Source of the DNA: Octopus sinensis
Lineage: Eukaryota
DNA length: 64,000 bases
Direction: 5' to 3'
Assembly (NCBI RefSeq): GCF_006345805.1
Contig: NC_043005.1
Span: 100,874,001-100,938,000, forward strand
Below the pieces are notes generated by a model that worked only from the letters and a program-made list of their open reading frames with translations, ran no database searches and had not been told where the DNA came from. The translations under genes and the position numbers were made by a program. Positions 37,854 through 51,459 of the stretch are shown here, one piece after another. The stretch's first letter is position 1. The number at the start of each line of letters is the position of its first letter.

Positions 37854-38637
37854 GTTCATACAGTATTGAACATTTAATGTGGCTTTAGATCAAGCTTTGG
37901 CTGCTATTTCCAGCATGGTGGTATCTCTTAGATGCCCTAAATTATAATTTTAATAATAATTATTACCTTTGAAGGTTTTTATTCCCATGCTGGTCACCTG
38001 ATAAGATCAGTATTTAAATTAATGATCTTATCCTTATTTACATAAATTTATATATATATATTTATATACACACATACATATATACATGTATGTATGTACG
38101 TATGTATGTATGTATGTATTTGTGTACACATGTGTGTGTACATATGTGTGTGTGTGTGTGTGTGTGTGTCTTTGTGCATGTATTTGTCCTCCATCACCAC
38201 TTGCACCAATTGGTGTTGGTGCATTTACATCCCTGTAACTTAGTGGTTTGACAAAAGATACTGATAGAATAAGTATCAGGTTTAAACGAAAATAAAATAA
38301 GCAATGGGGTCAATTCATTCAACTAAAAGCTCTTCAAGGTGGTGCTCCAGCTTGGCCACAGTCTGATGACTGAAACAAATAAAAGATAAAAGAAACAAAA
38401 TACAAGCAAAAATATCCTGTTTTTTTAATCATTGATTGTCTTTGTACCAGGTGTGAACAACTCTTTTGAAGAAGCACACCACATGAAATACGACTCATCA
38501 GGTAGGCTGCACTACTAAAATCATTCAAGGTAATTTTCCATTAGGCATACCATTTAGAAAGTCCTGTGGGTAGCAGTTAGCTCATGAATGCTATAGGCAA
38601 TGAGCTGCAGGACACTGCTCAGGTAGGTGAGTCAATA

Positions 38638-40377
38638 AGGGCAGCGAGCTGGCAGAATCGTTAGAAAGCCGGGCGAAATGCGTAGCTGTATTTCGTCTGC
38701 CGTTACATTCTGAGTTCAAATGTCGACTTTGCCTTTCAAAGGTCAACTTTGCATTTCATCCTTTCAGGGTCGATAAATTAAGTACTAATTACACACTGGG
38801 GTCGATGGAATCGACTTAATCCGTTTGTCTGTCCTTGTTTGTCCTCTCTGTGTTTAGCCCCTTGTGGGTAGTAAAGAAATAGGTGAGTTAATGACACTTC
38901 ATCGACAGTAGCCATTCTACAAAGGTACTTTATATATATTATTTATCCAATGGTTTTCCAAGATAATAGCAACATCTTTTAGATGAATCAGAAATCTGAA
39001 GACGTCTGCAATCAATAAATAACTGTAACTTGAAAATACTTATGGAACTTCACTAGAGTAAATAGTATTATGACTGGCCTGTGTACCTAATGTGATGAGA
39101 TGGGACTTTATGATAAAGGAAACAAGCATAGATATTTCTGGAATGCATGTTGGTTTGTGAAAGCATATGGCCGAGTGATTAGGGTGTTTGATCATAAAGT
39201 TATGGGTCCAATTCCCGGACTGAGTTGTGCATAGTGTCTTTGAGCAAAGCATTTCACTTTACATTGCCAAATGCAGCTAAAATATTTACCAGCTGGATGC
39301 TGGTGCTGCCCTGTCTCCAGCTGTCACATCCTGGATGTTTCACAAGGTTAAGTTTAGGTGGGAAAGATGGCCTCTGTCTGCTGTGACTACATAGGCATCT
39401 AAAACACTTAGTCAAACCATGGTGCCTTTTACCAAACCATTCTTCACTGGTGAATGATGGCAGACTGTACCTTGAGGATTGGTTTGCACATCAAAAGAAT
39501 GTTTATTGCAGTTCAAGAGACTAACTGAATCCTCTTTTCAAATAATGTTCTGTCATTCATTTACTATGCTTTGATGTACATTGTGTTATGGTGTGGGTTA
39601 ACTATTTGATAATCTAACATTAGGCAGCGAGCTGGCAGAAACGTTAGCATGCTGGGCGAAATGCATAGCCGTATTTCGTCTGCCATTACGTTCTGAGTTC
39701 AAATTCTGCCGAGGTCGACTTTGCTTTTCATACTTTCAGGGTCGATAAATTAAGTACCAGTTACGCACTGGGATCAATGGAATCGACTTAATCCGTTTGT
39801 CTGTCCTTGTTTGTCCCCTCTGTGTTTAGCCCCTTGTGGGTAGTAAAGAAATATATTTGATAACCTAACATGGATTGAATACAATTGTGGACTAAAGCAG
39901 AGTGAAGGAATGTTTACTGTGTGATCTTGATGCCTTTTTGTAATGAGATGAGCACTAAAAATAAAGATGGCTTCCACTAGAAACTTAAAAAAGGTCACAT
40001 ATGTAGCTCACTAGGAGCTGTTTATCAGGTTTGATTATATTTGTATATACTCAGAGACAGGGAGAAAAACAGGATGGGTTAGCATTTGAATGAGAGAGAA
40101 TAGATTACAATAGTTTGTGTGAGTGTGTGCTTAAACACCTAAAGGCAGCGAGCTGGCAGAAACGTTAGCATGCCGGGCGAAATGCTCAGCAGTATTTCGT
40201 CTGCCGCTACGTTCTGAGTTCAAATTCCACCAAGGTCGACCTTGCTTTTCATCCTTTCGAGGTCGATTAAATAAGTACCAGTTACGCACTGGGGTCGATA
40301 TAATCGACTTAATCTGTTTGTCTGTCCTTGTTTGTCCCCTCTGTGTTTAGCCCCTTATGGGTAGTAAAGAAATAGGT
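38638..40377 (+). mobile_element. Three SINE B copies (38638-38882, 39620-39853, 40142-40377)
   Basis: Full-length copies with the family signature. Decayed plus copies also at 25460-25640, 27035-27250, 29445-29660 and 41620-42060. Confidence 0.9.
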
Positions 40378-42304
40378 ATGAAGGTGTAATGGACACTGTT
40401 TAAGCAAGAAAAATAAGCTCTACAGAGTTAGGAGCTCCTATCTCAGGTCCCAACACAATGGCTATGACCAGGTTTGAATTCAAAATCATGAAGGCAATAT
40501 TCCAGCAACTTAACTTTCCCTGTATATTACACGAGGATACATATGGAAGAATAATAAAAACTGGCTTTCACGACACAGATTGAATAACTTCGCTTCACAA
40601 TGGATTAAAAGTTATTTCCCAAAGTCTAATAGAATAATAGCATTGATGAAATCAGCAAGGATTAACAGAGGTTACAACAATAGGTGTTTGATATTAGTTT
40701 TAGACTATCTGCATATCTGAATATCACATTACACTATATGCTTTTCTACACACTGCAAATAATGTTTGGTCTAAATGTGACTGACTTACACTTGAATACA
40801 TCATCGAAGAACAACCAACGATGAATGTGGCATTCACATTATCGTGACTGAAAGTTTGCAAAATAATAATCTTCAAGTAGCTAAGCTGAAGTTTATTTCC
40901 CTGCAAATGGTATGTAACCAATATCTTTTGGATTTCTCCAAGAAGCCAATAAAATTATTTCAAAATGATATTTTACTGGGACAAATAAAAGATGTAAAGA
41001 AAATGGAAAGTTTTAGGAAAAATATCAAATAATAGCTATTGCTAACAGTAAGCTCAGTTCTAGGTGGAAAGTGTTTGGGAAAGAGTGACTGAGAGATTTG
41101 ATGTGCACGTGAGTTTGTGTGTGTTATGTACACATTGTAAAGGGTTATACTGTGTTAATGGGTACTGTCTTGCAATCTTATATAGAAGTACAAATTCAGC
41201 TACAATAGAAATCTGTGGAGAAATGATGGTAGAAGTGAAGAAAAAGGAAATTACTTGCACAATAACAATGTTTGGATAAAATCCATCTAAGTGAATATAA
41301 CATTATGTACAGTAACATTCATAGTAAAAGCTGAGATGACAAATGGATGAAATTATAGTCTAACAGAAAGACATTAAACAAATAGAGCACAAAAATGGAA
41401 AAAACTTTCTGGATATTTATAAGATGGTAGAAAATGTTTACAAATATTTTTCACTGACAATTATTGTATATTTTTTCATCCATTTCCTGGTGTTCAAATT
41501 AAGTAGAGCAAAAACAGAGTAGCAATAAGTAAACTGCTACATGTTTTCAACATTATGCTGCTATAATTAAATGTTGGAAAGATACTAGTGAAATTGGGTG
41601 ATGTTATTTAAAGCCTTTTAAGATGGTGAGCTGGCAGAGTCATTAATATGCCAGATAACACGTTTAGCAGTAGTTCATCTGCCTTTATGTTCTGAGATCA
41701 AATTCTGCTGTGGGCAGTTTTGCCTTTTATTGATTTAGGGTTGGTAAAATAAGTACCAGTCAAGTATTATGGTCAATGTAATCAACTAGACCACTCCCCA
41801 TAAAATTTCAGGCTATGTACCTATGGCACAAAGGGTTACTAAAAGCCTTTTTAGGGTGGCAAGCAGCAAGCAGACAGAATCATTCCTGCACTGGAAAAAA
41901 CGGTTAGTGGCACTATGTTCTGATTTCAAATTCTATTGAGGTCTATTTTTGCCTTTCGTTCTTTTGGATTTCATGAAATAAGTACCAGTTGAATCCTGGG
42001 GTTGATATAATTGACTAGCCCAGCTCCATCAAAATTTCTGGTTTTGTACTTATAGTAAGAAAAGCCCTTTTTTCCCTCTCTTCTAGTCAGAAGGATAAAC
42101 AGTGCCCTTGAAGGGGAGAAAAAAAGAATTAGAGAAAGGAAGAGAGAAAATGAAAGGAGGGGAGAGAGAACAGTACAGGGTAGAGTTGCATCAAAATTAT
42201 TAAGATAACCTTACTTGGAAATAGATGCATGGTGTTCATATATATATATATATATATATATGAATAAAAAAATGGAGTTAACGCAAGTGTAATCAAATAT
42301 TTTT

Positions 42305-42390
42305 ACTTTCGACACATGTTTCGAAAATTCCACTGATACTATTCAAAAGAATAAAAGGTATAAACAATGCAATCTTCTCCTCAGGAAAGT
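42305..42390 (-). ncRNA. Type I hammerhead ribozyme, complete, GUC site
   Basis: actttc-CTGAGGA-gaagattgcattg[29 nt]cagtggaattttc-GAAAC-atgt-GTC|gaaagt; 6-bp stem I, 12/13-bp stem II closed by G10.1-C11.1. Confidence 0.9.
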
Positions 42391-42739
42391 GAAAAAAACA
42401 AAACTCGTCAATACGAAATTTTAGCAAAAAATGATAGATTTGTATAGCGATAGACAGAACGCTATTAATATTGTTTAAAAAAATGTTATATGATATAACG
42501 TCATAAGTAGCTAACAGAAAGAGTAGGGATATTAATAGTGAATGTTAAATATAAAGGAAATTAAAGTTTAAATTATATATAATGATAGAGACTACTTATA
42601 TGCACTAAATGTATGTTTTTGCCAATGCTTACATCTGTATGCTCGCTCTATAACCGTGTTTACTAGAGTATTTTTAGAAAAAATAATGAAAAATAGCTCA
42701 GAATTGCAGAGAAGACAGAATTTCTTGCCTTTGTCATAT

Positions 42740-43007
42740 GGTATCGAAATTGAGAGAATCAACCATTCTAAATGAAATTGTTCATTGTGGTCTTTTAAAT
42801 CCCAAAACTGATTTGGGATCTAATTCCGAGATTTATTTAGGTTTAACGACTGTATGAATTTAATGAAAGCATCTAAATACATCATGAAAATTGTTCAAAG
42901 TGAAGCCTTTCTTGAGCGATGCCTTTTTTCTATTTGAGCCAAAACAGAATTACAGATAGTATTTATGGAATTTTAATTTATTGTCGGGTGACTTTTGGCC
43001 AACCCTG
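42740..43007. mobile_element. One end of a Tc1/mariner-type element
   Basis: Ends gtcgggtgacttttggccaaccctg|ta, i.e. TA-CAGGG.. on the other strand; no partner TIR recognised. Confidence 0.5.
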
Positions 43008-44097
43008 TATGACCTCCCCCCCACACACACACAACATCTTTCCCATGCCTACATCATGAAAAGATGTGATATTTATTTCTTTATTGTCCACAAGGGACTA
43101 AACATAGAGAGGACAAATAAGAACAGACAAACAGATTAAGTCAATTACATCGACCCCAGTGCATAACTGGTACTTATTTAATCGACCCCGAAAGGATGAA
43201 GAGCAAAGTCGACCCCAGCTGAATTTGAACTCAGAACATAGCAGCAGATGAAATACCGCTAAGCATTTCGCCTGATAATTTCACCTGGTGTAATTTCGCC
43301 CAGCGTGACAAGATGTGATATTACCTTACTACCTGAGATATGACCAGTCTTGGAATTCCGATTCCCTCAAACCCCCACCAGTCTTCTGTCTCCTCACCAA
43401 CTTTGTACTTCCATACTACATGTTTTGTTTGCAGCATAGTGGAAAGATATTGCCACTCAACCATAATTAAGGTGATGCACCTAGGAGAAAATAACACTGA
43501 ATAAATTTGTAAACGGAAGAAACACGAGAACCAGAAACCACAGTAAAAGCAATATATTGAGGACTGCAATAATACGGAATAAAAGCTGACAGAGAGTAGT
43601 AAGGACCCTTCAGTTCTGTCAGAAAAATATGGGTGGAATGATAAAATACACCCAATTTATTTTCAAATTAGTTAATGATTGGAATAATATCCAGCCCCTG
43701 CAAAGATTGCCAAAATCATGGCAGTCACAAACACCATAAAAAACCTTAATTGTGTTTAGAAGGGGATTAACACTATGTTAGTGCTGCACATGGTTGTGAG
43801 ATGATGAGGTATAGACATAGGGTCTCATAGGTGAGAACCCTTTGACCATAAGCAAATGACTGTATCAATTCTCTTCTTTTCAGGTATGCAAACTGGACAT
43901 CAAACAACCGACCTATCATTGGAAACTCTCTTTTCCTCTTTGTCACAATAGTTAAAGGCTACCATCATCAACTTTAGCACAGCGAAAGGTAGGTTTGGAG
44001 AGACTGTAAAGATGCTAGAGTGAAGGGCGAATAGATATGTGCAGGGTACAGTATTAACATTAAAAAAGTAAAGATTATAGACCCTTGCTTGTTTTAA

Positions 44098-44212
44098 CCC
44101 TTAGTATTTAAACTGGCTATATCCAGCCCGAATATTATACCCGTTTTATGTTTAAATTGGCCGTATTCAACCTCTCACACCTACCTTACAATGCCATACT
44201 AAAAATAAACAA
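44098..44212 (+). mobile_element. piggyBac-type MITE end
   Basis: TTAA|cccttagtatttaaac..; a homologous reversed end is at 50545-50654 (aaatgctaaaggg|ttaa). Confidence 0.55.
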
Positions 44213-44406
44213 TTAGGCGTAGGAGTGGCTGTGTGGTAAGTAGCTTGCTTACCATCCACATGGTCCCAGGTTCAGTCTCACTGCATGGCACTTTGGGCAA
44301 GTGTCTTCTAGCATAGCTTCGGGCCGACCAAAGCCTTGTGAGTGGATTTGGTAGATGGAAACCAAAAGAAGCCTGTTGTATATATGTGTGTGCATATATA
44401 TATATA

Positions 44407-44479
<73 letters not shown>

Positions 44480-44795
44480 GTGTGTATATGTTTGTGTGTC
44501 TGTGTTTGTCTCCCCAACATCGCTTGACAACCGATGCTTGTGTGTTTGCGTCCCGTAACTTAGTGGTTCGGCAAAAAAGACCAATAGAAAAAGTACTAGG
44601 CTTACAAAGAATAAGTCCTGGGGTCGATTTGCTCTACTAAAGGCGGTGCTCCAGCATGGCCACAGTCAAATGACTGAAACAAGTAAAAGAGTAGGTACAT
44701 CATCAAAATCTCAACACAAAACGATAATGTACAATGAAAGCTTTACACTTGAAGACGCTTTCTGAGTGCGAAAGAGTTGAACAAGAAATAACGTT

Positions 44796-45219
44796 AACTA
44801 ACCACTAATTTTTCTCTTAATCATCCCATTTAACACTAACCACTAATTTTTCTCTTAATCATCCCATTTAACACTAACCACTAATTTTTCTCTTAATCAT
44901 CCCATTTAACACTAACCACTAATTTTTCTCTTAATCATCCCATTTAACACTAACCACTAATTTTTCTCTTAATCATCCCATTTAACACTAACCACTATTT
45001 TTCTCTTAATCATCCCATTTAACACTAACCACTAATTTTTCTCTTAATCATCCCATTTAACACTAACCACTAATTTTTCTCTTAATCATCCCATTTAACA
45101 CTAACCACTAATTTTTCTCTTAATCATCCCATTTAACACTAACCACTAATTTTTCTCTTAATCATCCCATTTAACACTAACCACTAATTTTTCTCTTAAT
45201 CATCCCATTTAACACTAAC
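44796..45219. repeat. 38-bp minisatellite, ~11 nearly identical copies
   Basis: Unit aacactaaccactaatttttctcttaatcatcccattt (starts at 44832, 44870, ...); one copy has a 1-nt deletion; no spacers. Confidence 0.97.
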
Positions 45220-45272
45220 ATCATTAAACTGGATGCTGAAGACAATGGAAATAATTAAATCTACATTTTTAA

Positions 45273-45679
45273 TCTATAATATAAATTGGACGTGGGCAAT
45301 CGTATTCTTTCTTGTCTTGAGGTTCACAGCCAAACTGCTGGGTGGCTTCACGTGAAGAATGGCACACATGTGGAGATGGGTGCATAGATTGGAATGCAGT
45401 TTGTATTTTTTACTTAGCCCCTATACTTACCGAGAAAATCGATTAAAACTTTTTCTAATGGAATTCCCCTCTTTCTTCTGCCATTAAAGCAACCAGTTGC
45501 TTAGAAGCTGTTTTCTGACGGGGTGGGGCCAGGAAATTTTCATACAGCTGGAGGCTCCAATCGAAACAGGGGACCCGAAATGATAAGGTTGAGAAAAGCT
45601 GTTATAGATTATGCCTAACTGAAAACGATCACAGCCACATCATCCAAACAGACCGGATGAAACCGGTCTTAGCTGCTAG
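45273..45679 (+). mobile_element. Non-autonomous Helitron
   Basis: 5' a|TCtataatataaa; 3' hairpin agaccgg-atgaaa-ccggtct (45650-45669), 6 nt, then CTAG|t; A/T insertion site with no TSD. Confidence 0.75.
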
Positions 45680-46824
45680 TGTAATGTAAAAGACAGACTG
45701 TTATTACAACAGAACCCTTCAAAATAGAGAGTTGTTGCCATTCAGTTTGTTGTATTCTACTCTGAAAGTTTATACCTCACTGTTAAGACCGTTGTTCTAC
45801 ACCAAACCCTCACAGGCTGCTGACTATGAAAACTCAGAGCCATGCAGCTACAGCAGCATCAAAGACATTATTGTACATTATTTATTCATTTACCGTTTTC
45901 CCTCTTGTGTCTTCTACCAGACTTCATGTAGCTGTTGTCTTTTACATGGCATTCAATACAGATCAATAATCTCAATTGAATTCAATGGAATTTTGTTCAC
46001 AGTTGGTCAACTTTGCCAACTCTTCTAAAAGTTCTTGGAATTATTTACCAGTTTTGAATAGTGAAAGAATAAGCATGAATGAATTCCGTTCCATTTTGTG
46101 CTTTACTCAGTGAACATGTAATAATGATCACAAAGTTTAATAATGAATATTTAACTAACACCTGTAACAACTGGGTCAGCTCTGAAGCATTTATTGATCC
46201 GAGTGTCTCGTTCATGTCCCTGAGTTGTCTAACAGTGTTGTGTGACAGATGAATTGTCATTGCTTTTGTCTCCAGAGATTTTTCTCCTACCAGGCGGATG
46301 AAGGAAGATAATAAAGCTACTGCAGTGAATATGGAAGCAAATATATACTTGCAGGGAGACATGGAAGGGAATGGGGGGGTCCAAAAAATTAAGGTAATGG
46401 ACCTTGGAAGGGACATTGACTGTTTGAAAGTGCTTTGTTATTGATGAAAAGGTTAGAGGTTCGGATCTCTGTGTATGTAGGTGGTATGTGTTAGTGTGTG
46501 TGTGTGTCTGTGTGTTCACACATGTGTGTGCATGTATAAAGATGTATGTGCATGCACATGTTTATACATGTGCGTGAATGTGAATGTGTGTGTGTGTGTG
46601 TTTGTGTATGTGTGAATGTCTGTGTGTTTGCGTGCACATCATGAGTCATATGGGATTCACATACATAAAATGCCAGTAAACTCTGGAAGCTATTCAGAGA
46701 AACCATTCTACAATTGAAAACATTTGTTTCATGATCTACACTCAGAAATGAATGACAGATATGAAATATTTATTTTATCAATATATAAAATGCATGTGTG
46801 TGTGTGTATGTGTACACACACATA

Positions 46825-47041
46825 TGAGGGCAGGGTGAAAAGTTCCTAGCTTTAAGGGTATGGCGAAAGGCTTGGTTGGAGGCTCAACCTTTAGAGTTCT
46901 TTTACAGGGCTTAGAAAAACTGAAGGACTGCTGCAACAAGTGTGTGAATGTGAGAGGGGAATATGTTGAATAAAATCATAATCAACTGATCCTCCTGTAT
47001 TTTCGTTTACCCCTATTCAGGAGCTTTTCAGCGCCTCCTTG
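46825..47041. mobile_element. Mariner-type MITE, copy 2
   Basis: ta|tgagggcagggtgaaaagttcc..gagcttttcagcgcctccttg; internal sequence matches 6084-6303. Confidence 0.7.
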
Positions 47042-47057
47042 TGTGTATATATATCTA

Positions 47058-48298
47058 TTGGGTTGACAACTAAGTTCCTGCCATTTTTTAAAATTTTGGA
47101 ATTTATTGTGTTTTTAAATTTTGGAATCTATTTTTTTCAAGAATTCTATTTTTGAATCATTTTGGAATCTTTTTTTTTTTTTTTCTAGTTAATTTCAGTT
47201 AATTTTTGTTTATTTTCAGATCATTAAAATGAAATGTCAAGTTAAGAAAAACGATGATTTCAGCACCTCCTTCTTTTTGCTTTTAATCAAGGTTCTAAGG
47301 CTGCAAAAGCTGCTCACAACATTTGTGCTGTGTATGGAGAGGGTGCCATCACTGAAAGAACCGCTTGTGATTGGTATGCCAAGTTCAAAAATAGAAATTT
47401 TGACCTCAAAGACACATTTCGTCCTGGTCGTCCAGTTGAGTTCAATGAAGAGCGATTAAACCAACTTTTGCACGAAAATTCTTGTCAAACAGCAAGGGAA
47501 CTGGCAGAGAAAATGGAATGCTCCCACACTGCTATAGAGAAGCATCTTCAACCGATGGGAAAGGTTCAGAAGTATGGAGCATGGGTTCTGCATGCTTTAA
47601 GTGACAACAAATCACAAGCAACGATTTCTTTACCGAATTGTTACTGGCAACGAAAACTGGTGCTTGTACATCAATACGAAGCAGCGTAAGGAATGGCTTA
47701 GCCCTGATAAACAAGCGACACTGCACGTGAAACAAGATCTTCATCTGTGTAAAATGATGTTGTGCGTATGGTAGGACTGGGAAAGGGATTATCCATTACT
47801 AATTGCTTAAACGGAACCAAACGGTCAACGCAGAACTCTATATTCAACAGATGGAATGACTCAACATGGCTATTCAAGAGAAAAAAACATAATCATTAGC
47901 ATGGAGTTCTTCTACTGCATGACAACATGCGCCCTCTATCGCCAATATGACCAAGGAAGCCATCCAAACGCATGGGTGGGAAGTGCTGTCACACCCGCTA
48001 TACTCTCCTGATTTGGCATCAATAGATTTCTACCTCTTTCGATCTCTTTCAAATGCTATGCGTGGAGTTTCGCTCAATACTGATGCAGAATTGAGAGATT
48101 GGTTGGATCAATTTTTCGAGTCAAAATCGCCTGATTTCTACCAGCGAGGTATTGAAAATCTTGTTGAACGTTAGGAAGAAGTAGTAAACAACTAGGGTGA
48201 ATACATTATTGATTAATTAGTTGTTACTTTTTATTAAGCCTTTCAAAAAAATTTTAAATCTAAAAAAATGGTGGGAACTAACTTAGTTGCCAACCTGA
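47058..48298 (+). mobile_element. Mariner (DD34D) transposon, defective
   Basis: TA-flanked TIRs ttgggttgacaactaagtt / aacttagttgccaacctga. Transposase pieces with HTH, GAWVLHAL (WVPH-like), IVTGNENW (first D lost), LLHDN, HPLYSPDLASIDF; stops and frameshifts. Confidence 0.92.
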
Positions 48299-48656
48299 TA
48301 TACATACATACATACATACATGCATATGTGTGGATATTCATATATATCTATATAAATAGTCACAATCAAGGTATACAGTGAGATCCACATTATATTTTAA
48401 CTTAAAAGAAATTAGTTCTGAAAGATTATTAGCCACATGACAAAGAAACTACAATTCCTATTGACCATATTTAAACAGTAATTACTGGTATAATGATTAC
48501 AATGTTTGAGAATGACAAGAAAAACAAAAATGGTAACACAGATGCTGATGATGAAAAGGAGGAAACAGTCTGCCTATTGGTTAAATATTTTTGCCAGAAC
48601 TCCACTTTCCAATGTTTGGGGGATGTTGAATCTATTTGGATTTGTTATCCTACTGT

Positions 48657-48959
48657 TTGTTTGTTCATTCTCGAACCATGACTGGCTCATAGGGCCAGTT
48701 TCCCAGTTTCATTGGCGTATAGGTTCCCCACCTGGATGGGATGCCGGTCCGTCGGAGGTAAGCTGCAAGATGCAGGAGGAAAGAGTGAGAGAAAGTTGTG
48801 GTGAAAGAGTCAATAGAAGTTCACCATTACTTTCTACCGGAGCCGCGTGGAACTTAGGTGTTTCGCTCATAAACATACACATCACCCAGTCCAAGATTCG
48901 AACACGCGATCCCTTGACCACGAGTCCGCTGCTCTAACCACTAGGCTATGTGCCTCCAC
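48657..48959 (-). mobile_element. tRNA-derived SINE family D with 11-bp TSD
   Basis: Head gtggaggcacatagcctagtggttagagc..gttcgaatc; TSD tatcctactgt at 48646-56 and 48960-70. Confidence 0.9.
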
Positions 48960-51045
48960 TATCCTACTGTAACCCCATATAATATTTTATTTTCTGCTCT
49001 GCCACTAATGGACCAGTCTTTAAAAGAACGTTATAAAAATGTATGTCACAAATACACTTTGCTTACTTGTTTCACTCATTAAACTGCTGCTACTGGGGCA
49101 CATGTTTGAGGAATTTTTCAGTTGGATGAATTGACCCCAGTACTTTTTTCCAAGCCTGGCACTTATTCTAGTGGTCCCTGTTGCTGAACTGCTAAGTTAC
49201 AAGGACATAAACACGCTAACACCGGTTGACGAACAGTGGGTGGTGTGGGGACAAACACCGACACACATCCATGTGTAATGTTTTGTATTGGATCCTGTGT
49301 AAGAAATTCTTACAAACATCCATATAATGTTGAATTCGTATTCAAATCCTCATCTTGAACCCCTACATTTGCCATGAAGTCACAAGGCTTTGGTCAGCCC
49401 AAGGCTAAAAGTTTTCTTATTCCCATCACTAGCCTTTGCTGGGTTTTTCCTTTGTTTAAGTCAAAAAATGGCTGCAGCACTTTCTTTCCGTGTTTCATCT
49501 CTTTCTGATGTGTTTCATTCTTATTTATCATCAAATCATCAGAAACAAATTCCCCCTCCTCATAAACATTTTCATCGTATCTGGAGTATTTTTTTAGTTT
49601 TAGTTTTGAATAAAGAATTAGTTCTATTTCTTCACAGCCATTCAATTTCTTAAATGATGTCATGTCAATATAAATGTAACTTGAAATAAAAAAAAAACCT
49701 TTGTGATATAATGCAGCACATCACACATGCACATGAGCTCAATAACTGAAGCTATCATTTACCACACTTTTACTTGGTCAGGCAAATATGCAGATTCGCA
49801 TTTCCTTGGACAAGGAGGTGTTGGTATCAAGGGAAACAAGAAGACACTATTCAAAACAAGATATTACAACTATGACAGGCTTCTATGTAGGAGAGTGAAA
49901 TAATGGAAGAAGAAGGAGGAGGAGGAGGAAGAGGAGAAGAAGAGAGGAGGTGGAAGAAGACCAAATTACCAAAACACAAGTATTTTACAAAATTTACAAT
50001 TTTTTTCAAAATGAAAGGTATTAATTCTTTAGAATTCAGATTATTTCTGTCAAATGTGATGCTTATTATTCTTTTACTCTTTTATTTGTTTCAGTCATTT
50101 GACTGTGGCCATGCTGGAGCACCGCCTTTAGTAGAGCAAATCGACCCCAGGACTTATTCTTTGTAGGCCTAGTGCTTATTCTATTGGGCTCCTTTGCTGA
50201 ACCGCTAAGTTATGAGGAAGTAAACACACCAGCATCGGTTGTCAAGCGATGTTTGGGGACAAACACAGACATGCAAACATATACACACACACACATACAC
50301 ACACACATATATACGACGGGCTTCTTTCAGTTTCCATCTACCAAATCCAGTCACAAGGCTTTGGTCGGCCCGAAGCTATAGTAGAAGACACTTGCCCAAG
50401 GTACCATGCAGTGGGACTGAACCCAGAGCCATGTGGTTCATAAGCTAGCTACTTACCTCACAGCCACTCCTATATTAATTCATATTGTTTTAAATTAATT
50501 GAGCATTATCTTGTCTCTTTCAGATTTTGATAATATGATTGTTTACTTTTAGAATGACATTGTAGGTTCGGTGTGAGAGGCCAGATCCGACCAGTTTGGA
50601 CATAAAACAGGTAGAATAATTTGACCATATATGATCCGTTTAAATGCTAAAGGGTTAAATCTAACTAACCTCACCATTCCACCATTCCACACACACTCAT
50701 ACCACTGCCACCAATAACAACCAGAACAACAACAACTCTCAGCATTGTCCTTAATTCTATCTGAAACAGAATATTCTTCTGTCACTGGTGAAGCGTTTTT
50801 TGTTTTGTTTTGTTTTTTTCCAGTTTTAGTTTTTGACGAAGTTCAACAAGAAATGCCAAAACTGAAACAATCAAAATAGAAACACAAAAAAAGAGTTGGT
50901 TCTTTTTGGTTTTCTATTTAAATTAGAGCTGATCAGACGTTTATTCACAAAACTCTTTTCAATATTAATCAAACACACCATTATTCTCTCTATTAAATTT
51001 AGGTCTTAAATCTCCTTGGAACTATACGAAAATAAAGTAGTAGTA

Positions 51046-51078
<33 letters not shown>

Positions 51079-51407
51079 GACAAAAAATTATTATTATTAT
51101 TATTTAAAAATACTACAGAATTTCTCAGTGTTTATTCCTTTAACTAAAAAGTCAGAACAAAACAAAACAAACAATAACATTGTTAATAACACTTTAATGA
51201 ATTATTCAGTCCACTTGGTTTTCCGGAGTATTCAAAAACGAATGTGATCAGGATTAGTGGAAAATTTATCAAAAGGCCGAGAGTGAATTAGAACTTCACT
51301 GAACTGGTGAACTGTGCATTTTATAATAGATCTAACTAACACTACTTAGTCACCTGAGAAATGATAAAGTTTACACTTAGTTTTAAAAATATAACAAAAA
51401 TTTACAA

Positions 51408-51459
<52 letters not shown>

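Noticed and set aside
41064-41279. Possible APE endonuclease relic (LYRSTNS)
   Set aside because: One weak motif with no supporting GDFN or neighbouring domain.
43321-43479. Possible exon with strong acceptor (ttttctcctag|GTGC) and an open frame
   Set aside because: Translation CITLIMVEWQY.. has no resemblance to CCP6 or any family I recognise; donor ambiguous.
44796-45219. CRISPR-like array of 38-bp repeats
   Set aside because: Head-to-tail units with no spacers, no cas genes, eukaryotic context.
46045-46416. 123-codon minus-strand ORF
   Set aside because: No recognisable motif or clean splice sites; the 5' part runs into simple repeats.
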